From assembly GCF_001194135.2 (NCBI RefSeq), contig NC_068981.1, forward strand, positions 51,418,096-51,482,095: DNA of 64,000 nucleotides, in the 5' to 3' direction. Shown one piece after another: positions 37,362 through 49,010 of the stretch; within the stretch, counting starts at the first letter, position 1, and each line of letters starts with the position of its first letter. The notes beneath the pieces are model-generated. The model saw nothing but the letters and a program-made list of their open reading frames with translations, searched no databases and was not told the DNA's origin. A program made the position numbers and the translations under genes. This DNA is from Octopus bimaculoides (lineage: Eukaryota).

Positions 37362-40300
37362 CACTGAACCGCAAAAAAAACGCGATTTTTCAAATGTCAT
37401 TTTTATATGGTAAATTCTGAAAATTTATTTCGGGTATGTAAGTGAAAATATTCCAAGACATGCTGGTTTATGGCTGAGGCCCAAATTGCAGGTAACTATT
37501 AAACGTTCCCTGAAACGAGACATCAAAGCGCAACTGAGTTGAATAACGTGGGTGGCACTCGCAAACAATTGTCATGAAAACCGAAAAACCTGTGCATCTC
37601 GTGGAGGTTATTAGTATAAAGATCAACTTGAACCGTGGTCCTGGCATTCAAAATTTCTCCTTTTCCGATTAAGTTGCAAGGAGTTTGGTTCATACCAGAC
37701 CTCCAAATAGAGAAGAACTGGGCCGAGGTATCGAGCAGGGTGACCCACATAGTCAAGACTGGTCTTGGCGGTATCTATCCCTGATAGGGAAGGTGGAGGT
37801 AGCCAATGTGTTTATCGCATCGGTCATCACCTACCACCTAGCCGTCATTCCTTGCCCTGATTCGGGGTCGGTCAGCTGGAAAGACAGCTTTTCCGCTTTT
37901 TGTAGAAGGGCTCGAAACTGCTTGTGAGATGTTCTATTTGCTGTCAACAATCGTTAAAGCGTAGGCTAGGGATGCCCTGGCTGATGATGCGCAAACATAC
38001 GCTGAGGCTGAGGCATCTGTGGCTCTATATGGATGGTGAATGGGTATGGTCTTCGCTAGCAAAATGGATTTTCCCACGGTCACTAGTTTTAGGGAACAGG
38101 AAACCTGATTCTGTCATAGATCGACTACATGGATTATGGACTGCCGTAATGCTCTCCTGTTATTCTGTCGCTCGGGCAATGCCTTCAGTGGGGGCTCCAC
38201 CGCATTCTTTTATAGAGGGCTGGTAGAGGCACAATGTGATGATACCTTAGGGGAGACACTTGGTCTCGATGATAATCAGCTGGCCTGTCTGTTCCAACCT
38301 ACATTCGGGCCGAAGACCCTGGACAACTTTCAGAAGTCTCTTGCATGGCAGTTAAACCACGGTAAGATAAACTGGAGCGCTTGCTCTTCCGCTTTTTGTT
38401 TAAGGGTAAAGGTCCGCTTGTAAGGCGGTCTATCTGCTGCCAACACCCGCTAAAGGGAGGGCTAGGGATCCTTTGCATGTTGATGCGCAGACATGCACTG
38501 AGGCTGAGGTATCAGTGGCTCCATCTGGATGGTTAACAAGTGTGGTCTCCGTCCGTTAAACTGATCAAGCAAGGCCTAAGTGCGGTCAGGCTCATACTCC
38601 TCTTTCACACGGGTAATGCCAACGGCGGGGGCTCCAACTCGTTCTTTTATACAAGGTTGATAAAGGGCAAATATGACGACGTCCTGAGGGAGACTCTGAG
38701 CCTCAACGATACCCAACTCCCCCAGCCTGTTCGGAATGACATTTGGGCCGGGGATTTTGGATAATTTCCAAAAGGTTCTGGCCTGGCAATGTTACCGAGA
38801 TAAACTCGCAAGGCACGGTAGTTCTTGCCTGCCAACCTGCCCAATGTGCGAGAAGAACGACAAAACCGTTCTGCCCGTGATTGTGCAGTGTCCGAGAATA
38901 TGGGAAACGTGGGTTTACGTCGAACAGCTGCTGTCATATCTAGGAAGAGTACAACTGTCCTCCGAGTCAATGATGTTGTTCCACCGTCTTCCTTTAATCG
39001 AGAAGGAAAGTTTTCTCGCTGTGTTTGCTATAGAAGACGAGTATGGAAGTGGTAGCGACAGGCACAATCATCTTGGTTTGGAAGACGAGAATGGAAGGAA
39101 TAGCGAGAGGCACTATTATCTCCCGTCTCGCTCTGGTGAGCTTTTTTATTTTCCATCTTAAGAGGAAAATAAGACTGGAGAAGANNNNNNNNNNNNNNNN
39201 NNNNNNNNNNNNNNNNNNNNNNNNNNNNNNNNNNNNNNNNNNNNNNNNNNNNNNNNNNNNNNNNNNNNNNNNNNNNNNNNNNNNNNNNNNNNNNNNNNNN
39301 NNNNNNNNNNNNNNNNNNNNNNAAGATGGAAGAATGTGGCGCGAGAGTTGAGAATGAGTGACTCCTCTTGATTGTAAACCATAGAAGTAAGGCAAGTCAT
39401 CAGTGGTGGACCGGGGCTTGCGGGTCAAAGCTGAACCCGGCTCCCGCTCCATTGTATTGTCCCATTGTTTTGTGTTTTCATCCCTTTTATGTCATGAATT
39501 TTTATAATATCGACATTTTAATGTAATAATCATTCGTGACCCTACTATGTATTTGTATACCCCCCCCCTCTGTGTTTGGCCCCTGTGGGCAATAAAGAAA
39601 CCAATCGTAATTTGGACGCATCAGGTATAAGCCGATTGTCAGCAGCGCAGAGAGGACAAGCTATCGGCCGATTGCAAGCAAGGCAACGTGCCCTGGTTGT
39701 TGCGAAAGCTTACAATGCCCATGTCAGCACCATCTATCGCCTTCAACAGCGATACGACATCAATAGCACTACGAACCGTGCCGGTAGGAGGCGCCCCCCC
39801 CCCCGGGTGACCATGCCCAGGCAGGACCACCTCATCCACCTGCAACACTTTTGTGATCGCCTCAGACCGGACAGCGTGACAGCTCGCGCGACCTTTGGGA
39901 CTGGACAGCGACCCATCAGCGACGACTTGGTACGACGTCGACTGGCCATCAACAACCCGCGTTGTTGCCGTCCTCCTTGAGGGCCTGTCCTCATCGCCCG
40001 CCACCGTCAAGTATGACTACAGTGAGATACACAATATCGACAATATCATCAACAATGGAGGTCGATAGTCTTCTATGACGAGAGCCGGTACTGCGTTTCC
40101 GTTTCGGTTGGCAGAGTGAGGGTGTGGCGTAGGAAGAGTGAACGCTACAGAGACGCATGTGTCATGGTGAGAGACACGTAGGGTGGCCAAAGAATCATGG
40201 TTTGGTGTCCTATAGTCCTGAATCAGAACATTGGGCTCCATGTGTTCGAAAATGTTTGTGCAGGCAGCGGGAATTGCGTCACAACGCAGCGCTAACTTGA

Positions 40301-40854
40301 CCAGATCCTAAGACCTCACATTGTACCCTTCTTTGCGCGTCGCCATAGCCACGTGTTCCAGCAGGATAATGCTACCTCCCACACGGCTAGGGTCACTATG
40401 GACTTACTGTGTCAGCCCAGCATGAGAACCATACCATGGACGGTTCTCAGCCTGGATTTGAACTCAATTGAACGCCTGCGGAAGGAAATCCAGAGAAGGC
40501 TAAACCAGGGACGACGACAAATTGTGTGGGACAAGGGGCAGCTTTCCTCAGGCTGTGGGCACAGGTGCCAATGCCTTTTGTGAACTGCCTCATGCACTCC
40601 ATATACCGACGGTGTATGATGGCCGTTTTGAACACCCAGGGTAGGCATACACGGTATTGAACATGTCACGCCCTACAATCACGATATTCTGGATCCGCCC
40701 ACTAACAGAACACATGACTACGACCTATAGACTGTGGTCAAAGTGCATCCAAGAAATTGATTTTATCAGATTTATCAAAATTTATCTCTGACCTAAGAAA
40801 ATTGAAACATATTTCACAGTCACAGACGTCTCGCGTTTCTTTTGCAATTCACTG
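37362..40854 (+). mobile_element. Tc1-like DNA transposon interrupted by a Tx1 LINE
   Basis: TA-CACTGAACCGCAAAAAAAACGCGA at 37362 versus the reverse complement of the right end, CAGTGAATTGCAAAAGAAACGCGA (ends 40854, then TA): 20/24 identity. Transposase reads LSAAQRGQAIGRLQ...VSTIYRL (HTH), FYDES, VFQQDNATSHTAR, with frameshifts. Confidence 0.85.
37660..39600 (+). mobile_element. Tx1-clade LINE 3' part, chimera of two diverged copies
   Basis: PIKLQGVWF, LSLIGKVEVANVFIASVITY, GLGMPWL, zf-RVT-like CPMCEKNDKTVLPVIVQCP. It ends in ...ggcccctgtgggcaataaagaaa. The 5' boundary is approximate. Confidence 0.85.
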
Positions 40855-42442
40855 TACGTGTTATTTGTTTATTCCTAGAGAAGACACACAGAATACACTT
40901 CCTGAGGGATGCGATAGGAGCAGGGATAAGATAACCTGACATTTCCAGATATTATATCTCGGGACTCAGGGCTGGATATTAGAGATCTGAACACGACAAA
41001 GCAGGACCGTGTAGTTTGGAAAGAAAATGTCAATGTAGTTCTGAGCAACCATAGATTGGTCGAAGGATGATGATGATGATTTGCTTATTTCTCTTTGCAT
41101 TGTTTATTCCATCGGAGTATATTGAAAATTCCCCATGTCCTTGAACAAGAAATTCAGTTATTGCTGCCTAATCTACATATCCCTGAATAAGTTTGTGTTA
41201 GCAACTATTCCACACTATGTTAAAACTTGCAGCTACACTACAATTAACAGAGATTTATTTTAGCTTACTTTATTAATTTCAAGCTTTCTTTAAAGCACTG
41301 GCTATATTAATGACGTGGAAATAGCACTTAGCAGTACCAGACAAAGATGTATACAGCACAAGATTATAATTATAAAATCAAGAAAAAATATCCTTGTTCC
41401 AATTACCCCCAATTAGATATACAAGCATCTGTATCTATAATAAAAATAAATTGAGTTAAACATACACTAATAATCAACTAGTTTTATTGCTGTCAGTGTT
41501 GCATAAAGTAGAACTTATAGGTGAATGGTATTGTTTATCTATATGATATTAAAAAGAAAATTATGTCTCTGATAACCTTGAGAATATTAGAACTACGCCG
41601 ATTTTATTGAAAATCTATATCATGAAAATCTAAGTGATATTAAATGCAGCTAAAATAAATGTCTACGAGTAAATACTGATTAAATTGTAGAAAACTCTAA
41701 TATGATCGCACGAAAAGAGAAACCTATAAACACAAGCAATAAAAATAATGCAAATTTTGTTTTTGATTTTAAAAAAATTCACAGAATCGTTATAAAAATA
41801 ATTTATTATTACTTGAAAATAACCTTTATTACTACTTTTAGAATTGTTAAACATGTTTGGTCATCTGTATTCATGGATATATTAAAAACTAAAAAGTGAT
41901 TCCAAATTATGCAAATATAAAAGTCGAAAATTTATTGCTAATATTTAATGTTTTGCAAAGACATTTAATAAATAATTGATATTTAAACAAACAGCAACAA
42001 CTAATAATATTCACACCAAACAGGTGATATTTAGGCAAAAATATAACAGATAGAAATTATCCAAAATAATATTAAATGCCGTATATAAGCATTTCTCCAT
42101 ATTTATATCCATAGAAATATATGAGACGAAACATAAGAAAATTAAAATTCATTGTAAGATTTTAAAATATTCAAATTCTGCGTATATTAAAATTCATGGT
42201 TTCCATCAAGATTGATTTACAACTATATTACAAACAATCGACAATAACTATTTGATTGAGTACAACACTTTAGCAAATTAGAAAATTATGTTAAATCTAA
42301 AAATTAATTTGTCAATAGAATATAATTTCTCTTTAATCTTAACACCATATAAGAGTGAAAGTAAAATAAAATATCAAAATAATTGACATGAAATAAAGTT
42401 ACATCTATGTACAAAAATATATTTATTCGAGTGCTCTTTAAT

Positions 42443-42655
42443 AATCTTTTCTACTAGAAGCACAGAGCCTGAAAATTCGGGGTAGGGGCTAGTTGATTAC
42501 ATCGATAACAGTAGTCAACTGGTACTTATTTTATCGACTGAAAGGATGACAGGCAATGTACACCACGACAGAATTTGAACTCGGAACCTAAAGCAAGAAG
42601 AAATGCTCCCGAGTATTTTGTGCGTTATGCTAACGATTCTGCCAGCCCTTTGCGT
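42443..42655 (-). mobile_element. SINE family B, tail beta
   Basis: Reverse complement of the head, B-box (gaatttgaactc), core and tail. Confidence 0.85.
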
Positions 42656-43061
42656 TAGAGTGCTATATAATACTGTACACATATCTACAATGAGGTACCG
42701 ACTCACTATATGACGGAGGGTATGATCGAATATGTTACCGCTTGTGCTTAAATAATGCTTGTTTTATGAATATTGAAACGATAGTATTCAAATATGTATT
42801 TACTGGTGGATAATCTTAAAACCATATCTAAAAGCCGCAGCATATAAAGATCAGCACTACCAGTTTTGTAATTCACGTACTCACGTAATTACATTCCACT
42901 TAGCATTTTCAGTTACATTCTACAGAGCAATAAGGATGATCGCCGAAATTTTTTTTTTTTTTTGCTGTTGTTTACGTTCGTCAAAATTTGACCGTTTTAG
43001 TCAAGAATCATTTTCCTCTTTAATATAATTTTCATATTATTGTATACTTATTCCAAACTGA

Positions 43062-43272
43062 GAGCAAGCAGAATTGTTAGAAAGCATGAAAACAACTTGA
43101 AATATTTTGTTCTGGCTCTTTGACTTCTGAATTCCAATTCAGCTACTGTCATCTTTGCCTTTCATCCTTTAAAAATCGAAGCCATTATGTATCAGTCAAA
43201 GGACGGGGATAGTGTAATCGAACAACACTTTCCCTTAAAATTGCTGGTTTTGTTCCTAAATTAGAAATCATT
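43062..43272 (+). mobile_element. Old SINE family B copy
   Basis: gcagaattgttag head and ctttgcctttcatcctt core. Confidence 0.65.
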
Positions 43273-45436
43273 ATAATCATAACGTACACAAGTTATATAA
43301 CGGGTGTCACCAGAACCAGTTTCATCCACCGTAACAGAATCTGGGTGATTCTTGTTGTTTCTTTATGTAAATTAACAATTTCTTTTTAATTTATCTCTAA
43401 ACATAAAATTTATCTTTTGCTTTAGTTTATCTTGCAATATTGTTTTGTGGTTACGAGTTCTATAGCTTAGCAAATTAACTTAGAAGTTCTAAATTTTCGA
43501 TATTCTGCTTTAACCAAGTTTCTTTCAGCACAAAAGCATCAAAACCCCTTATTTATTGATATCGTTGCGTTTATTGCACTATGGCACTTCGGGAGAAGTT
43601 AATATACAAAAGCAAGACAGAGCTAAATAAAAATAACATTTGACGCCAACTTTTTCGAAAAAACATTTATTTAACCAATAGCAAAAGAAATTTTGTATTT
43701 ATGTTCACGTTAAAATGAAATACAAGTTGCGATCGGAGAAATATAGTAAAAGAAATTTTGAAAGTCATTTTTAAAACCTTATGGAATAAAAGGAAAGAAA
43801 ATAAAATTATGTCGCTAAGATTTCAAAAGGTATTCTGTCTTTAATTATGAGGATGACGTGTCCCACGTCCGAGCCTATGCTACTTAGATAGTCCTACGGT
43901 TTTAGCAAAGTATTTTTAGTACCTTGTCACTTCTAACTAAAACAAAACCCAGACAACATATACGTCAACAAAACTGAAACGAAAAGAAAGTAATTTCCTT
44001 ATTGCAACAATGTATAATGTCAAAATGTCTTTCATTGAAACTTCGTCCACGGCATTTTCAACCAGCCTGTCACACTCCAGGCATAAGAAATGCTGCTGCT
44101 TTAAAAATATAGTATTTAGATTCGATAGTTGGAAACAGACATTAATCGAACTTGTCATTGTCTACATACATCACTGTGAGTAGCAATTCTTTCCAAATCT
44201 TTTTTTGTTGTGGTTGTTTTCAAGTTCAGTATTATATTTTTGCTTAATATATATTGTTAGTATTCCTTTCCCTCGAAGTTACATATCCATTTTCTATTTC
44301 TCGTACTTATTTCTATGTATAACTGTATAATATTTTTGTGTGAAATTAAATACTACTTTTCCGGGAATATACATTAAAAATATATTTTCAATGACGTTCC
44401 AAAAAGTTGTATTGAAAATGGACGAACAGGAAATTTAGAAAAGCATAGTAAATGTAATAGTAAAATTTTAAAGACTGACGAATATCACCGATTTCACCAT
44501 AGTACTAAATCTACAATTTGTGATATCGACGGTGTGTGTGTTTTAATATAATGGAAGAAGATAAATGTATCGTTTGAACGAACAAAATATGGTCACTTGG
44601 TGTCACACGCATTGAGAATGATCAAACACTTAATAGAAATAATGGGAAGAGGTTGGATGATTCATGCTTGTATCTACTTTTAAAGGTTATCATGGGATAT
44701 TGCACAAGAATACATTTACCATCTGTCATGTCATGATAAATGGTTACTTTTGCCATTCCTATTTCAAAATCAATTGATTTGTGAGGCATCTAAAATCTAC
44801 CCTTTAACCATTGTCACTATGCACTCAGAAAACTCTTCTTCCATCATCTGTTTTAGTCACCATCGTAATCATTCGTGTTGGCGATATAAGGTCATAGCAC
44901 AGTTTCAAATCTTAGTTTAAGTTATTCCATACACAATAATTAAGCGCATAAAATGGCATATTTTCAAACAAAACTTCTGTCATGGAACTCTCTGGCTTCC
45001 CATGAAAAGTAATTTTTCCGATTGAAGTTTTATAATGTTCTCTTTTTTTATTTATTTTGTTTTGTTAGTAAATACCTTTACTACTTTAGTATTTCAACTT
45101 GACATGTTCTACATTTAATGTAAACATGGTGGACATTTCAAAAGAACATTTCGAGTATTATTCAATTATATAAGACTCATTTATCATAGGACTCTCACAA
45201 ATAGCAATGCAAATTTTCATAGTCATTTGGAAATTACTCTAAAGCCAAGGCAGCAGATTAATCACATTTCGATAGCAATTGAAATAGGAGTCATTAAATT
45301 TTTCATCCACAAAAACAATAATGTAATTAAATCATTAATGTTGAGTCACAGACTTAATATATCGTCCACTTTATTCTTGCCGTTCGATGCCAACAGAGAA
45401 TAGAATGTATAAGGACTAATAATTTAAATCACACAG

Positions 45437-45544
45437 CGTACTCTCACTGTGTGCAAGACGGTGCAGTTCGAAAGGGGCTCTGCACTGATACATTTCAATT
45501 TACAAAAGCGAATCGGACACAAGAGGAATGCTTTTCCAAGTCAG
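45437..45544 (+). CDS. Candidate 108-nt internal exon (unconfirmed)
   Basis: cag|CG...TCAG|gtaagc, phase 1-1, open frame YSHCVQDGAVRKGLCTDTFQFTKANRTQEECFSKS. The acceptor lacks a good pyrimidine tract. Confidence 0.2.
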
Positions 45545-45843
45545 GTAAGCTCAACTTTAAGCCGTGATATCCAGCTGCATTACGAACAGCAATCCACGAA
45601 GCTGTTACCAGTAACAGATGGAATTTAATTAGCATTTCCCTTTCCCAAAGATATATCTCAGAATCTGCAAAGTTCACGGGACTTGCTCCTACACTTTCAA
45701 ATAAGACAGTGTAGAAAACAACAGACAAAAGAAAAAGATACATACAATAATTTTACCGGTGAACGCATTTTTTCTGTAAGGTGACTTTATTTTTCATAAC
45801 GTAATTTAGGAGCAACATAAGTTAATGTATGTTTAGAACGGAG

Positions 45844-45844
<1 letters not shown>

Positions 45845-45915
<71 letters not shown>

Positions 45916-46082
45916 GACAGGCATCTTTCAGTTTCCGTCTACCAAATCCACTCACAATGCTTTGCTTTGGTCGGCCGGAGGCTATAGTAGAAAACACTTG
46001 CTCAATGTCCCACGCAGTGGAACTGAAGCCAAAACCATGGGTTTGGAAAGCAAGCTTCTTACCACACAGCCACACATGCGCC
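45845..46082 (-). mobile_element. SINE family A head (45914-46082) with its internal (TA)/(CA) microsatellite
   Basis: Homologous to 2884-3045. Confidence 0.85.
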
Positions 46083-46722
46083 TCTATGTATAAAAAATAT
46101 ATAATATAATATATAATACACAGACATACATGACAGATTTGGAATATTCGCCAGAACCATATTTGCTTACAAAGTGAATCTTGTCGAACACAAATTGATG
46201 AAAAGCCTATCAGTCGATATTTAGGGGCAATATTCGTCGAAATCTAATATTTCACGAAGAAAAAGAATTGCAAAATTTTTGTATGCTTAGCCTTATGCAA
46301 AGCACATAGGTAAAATATATTAAAGAAAAATGATATTATTTATTGATATTTGAATTACGTGTCATAATGTTTTAAAGTGATAAAATTTAAAAGTTGCTAA
46401 TATATAAATCAAAATTAATCGATTATATATAACCTACACACATCAAGTTGGGTTGAAGAAAATATTTGTGATAACCACAGAATATAAATATTCAAGACAG
46501 GCACCCCAGATAACCTGAAAATATATTAATATTTCATTTAAAAAATGATATTTTCTTATCATTTGACAAAAAATATTGACATATAGTTTGTTACAACCCT
46601 ATGTTTTTGAATGAATATATATTTCGAATAATATGTGCTACGACCAGTATGTTTTCGTCAAATGAGGTTTCAGCAAACATGTCATTGGGTATATACTGTC
46701 CACAAATTTATTTCAATATGTA

Positions 46723-47760
46723 CGAAGGTTGGCTGAAAATTTTATAGGCTGACCAAGATACGTTTATGGAATGTGACCAAATGAGTCCCCCGTGCGGTCA
46801 ACACACTTCTCACATCAGTGTAGTATGCTTAGATCCCATTGGTTAAGAATCTTTCATTTTGTTGGTCAAAACTTTCACCAATGACGTTATCTCGGCCATT
46901 CTGCGTCCCAACCAAGTGCCTTTTCATGTTGGGGAAACAGGTGATAATCAGACGGATGCCAAATTAGGAGACTAGAGAGGATGATCAACCAGTTCAAAGC
47001 TACAGTCACGCGCAACAGCCATTGGAACCAAGCACTTGTATGCTGGAACATTATTATGGTGAAACTAGACCCATTTCGTCAGTTTTCCCGGGCGTTTGAC
47101 CCTAATAGCCTGACTCAGAAAGTTGGTATAATACTCTCTATTGAAGGTGTGGCCCTTTAGAAGATAGTCAATAAACACAATGCAGAGGAAACGTTCATAA
47201 CTTTCATACTCATTTCATACGGGATTAGGAAACCTTTAAGGAAATCAACTAGATCTGCCTCAAACAATGTCAGATTTTCTAGGGATATGATCAGTCTTGT
47301 GCGCTTTTGATGACGTAGCACCCACCGAGCAGAAACGTTTGTCATGCCAAGTTCATTGCACAGAGTATTCTCACCTATCTCACAGGAAATGGTAATAGTA
47401 TTGGCTATTTGACTTAAGGATAGCCGCTTGTCATCCATCACCATGTGGTTAATACCATCAAGTTTTTCCTAGGTGGTGTACAGTTTCAGGTCGTCCTACA
47501 TTTAGCTACCCACTTTTCCCTGTTGATAAAGCTGGAGCGTCATCCCTTACTGTAACATTCATGACAGGATGCATGTCCTTGCGGGTTAAACCATTTTTCT
47601 GCAAATCCTCTCGATAACACCACGATGCTAAATTTTGTCCATATTCAAGAGAAGCCGCTACTAATTACATTTGAAGTCTTCCTTGAACAGTCGGACGTCA
47701 GTTTACTTGGAAAAACAATGCAGTTATCAATAAGAAGAGTTGAAATTAATGCATGCAAGA
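46723..47760 (-). mobile_element. Decayed mariner (DD34D-type), second family
   Basis: TA+cgaaggttggctgaaaa TIR at 46723. Minus translation gives SARWV, FHHNNVPAY (HDNAPAH) and ELVDHPL*SPNLA (HPPYSPDLAP). The other end is approximate. Confidence 0.8.
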
Positions 47761-47949
47761 TTATCAAAGAATGTATATCTGTATTTTAATACTTTTTGTG
47801 ATAGCCAGTACTTAACGCAACAAAGCTCATACAAAGCTTTACATTTTACTTCTGACAATCTTTTTCTAGAAAATGTGAAACCGGTCAAGTGAATAAACAT
47901 CATTAAATTTGCATTAAATTTGCATTAAATTTGCATTAAATTGACCGTG

Positions 47950-48125
47950 AACTCAGCTGTGCATGTGCACTAAGTGTTGACGTTCTAGCTCACTTCCGCT
48001 ATTTACAGCAGTGCCTGGAATGGTGGTTCGTAGCATGTGATCGTGGCATTGTCTATGACAAAAAGTTGAGTAGAGAAGCTGCATCAAAGTTTGCGAATAT
48101 GCTTTTACAATCGAGCTATGTGAAG
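47950..48125 (+). mobile_element. Mariner 5' fragment of the 9280/60720 family
   Basis: tagctcacttccgctatttacagcagtgc...gcatcaaagtt matches the arms of those elements. No TIR seen. Confidence 0.7.
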
Positions 48126-48289
48126 TGTGTGTGTAGTTTATGATATAGATAGAGGACGCAAAGTGCCACCAATAAATTTTATTCCAGCAATTAAAAAAAC
48201 GTGGAAGATATCGAGGATAGTTTTCGTAGATATGATCCAAAATATTTGCAAAAGTTTGGGATCCACTTAAGATATATTCGACCGCCGGA

Positions 48290-48480
48290 TTAAGTCATAC
48301 CAGCAAAAGTAGAACCGATGGCTTTGACAGCTTCCCCAGATTTTTCATCTACCGAAATTCACTCATATATATTTGATCAACCTAATGCATGACAGAAGAT
48401 ATTTACTCGAAGCGCCATGTATGATTCAGCTCCAAAACCCTGCGTTTGCGAAGCAACTTATTAATTTCACAACTTGGTTG
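48290..48480 (-). mobile_element. Old SINE family A head remnant
   Basis: ttttcatctaccgaaattcactca...agaagatatttac aligns loosely to 2895-2965. Confidence 0.5.
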
Positions 48481-48809
48481 TGTCATCTATAGTACTTTTT
48501 AATCAATTGTTGCATGACAATTGTCTATATCACATTAACTGCATGTAGTAGCATTGAATTATAGACTACTGTAATGATTTCATATTACCAACGCTTCAGC
48601 TTAACTCCCAGAAACTTGAAATCAATTTTTCCCTCTAATAATGTATGTATTTATCATAATTTATCTCCAAAGCAGCAACAGAAGTAATGTCGCATTGTTG
48701 TTATTGAATTTACTCTGTATATGAATGTAAATTACTAAATTCCTTATTTCCTTTATGTTTCGCATTTCTACTTTCCTTGTGACGAATGAGAGAAATCGCT
48801 ATTATTACC

Positions 48810-48947
48810 AGTAGTAGTAGTAGTAGTAGCAGCGGCGGCGGCGGCAGCAGCAGCGGCGGTAGCAGCAGCGGCGGCAGCAGCAGCGGCGGCAGCAGCAGCG
48901 GCGGAAGCAGCGGCAGCAGCAGCGGCAGCAGCAGCGGCAGCAGCAGC

Positions 48948-48987
<40 letters not shown>

Positions 48988-49010
48988 GCAGCAGTAGTAG
49001 AAGTAGCAGT
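48810..49010. repeat. Compound (AGT)n/(AGC)n/(GGC)n trinucleotide repeat
   Basis: Read directly; recurring AGCAGCAGCGGC higher-order unit. Confidence 0.95.

Noticed and set aside
35468-37371. Perfect 13-bp inverted repeat CGGTTCAGTGTAC / GTACACTGAACCG, first read as TIRs around the decayed ORF
   Set aside because: The right copy is better explained as TA plus the left TIR of the Tc1 element at 37362, which pairs with 40854. The left copy is a short remnant or chance match.
43937-44158. QHFLCLECDRL resembles part of a LIM domain
   Set aside because: The preceding WH and the remaining ligands are absent, and no convincing donor site was found.
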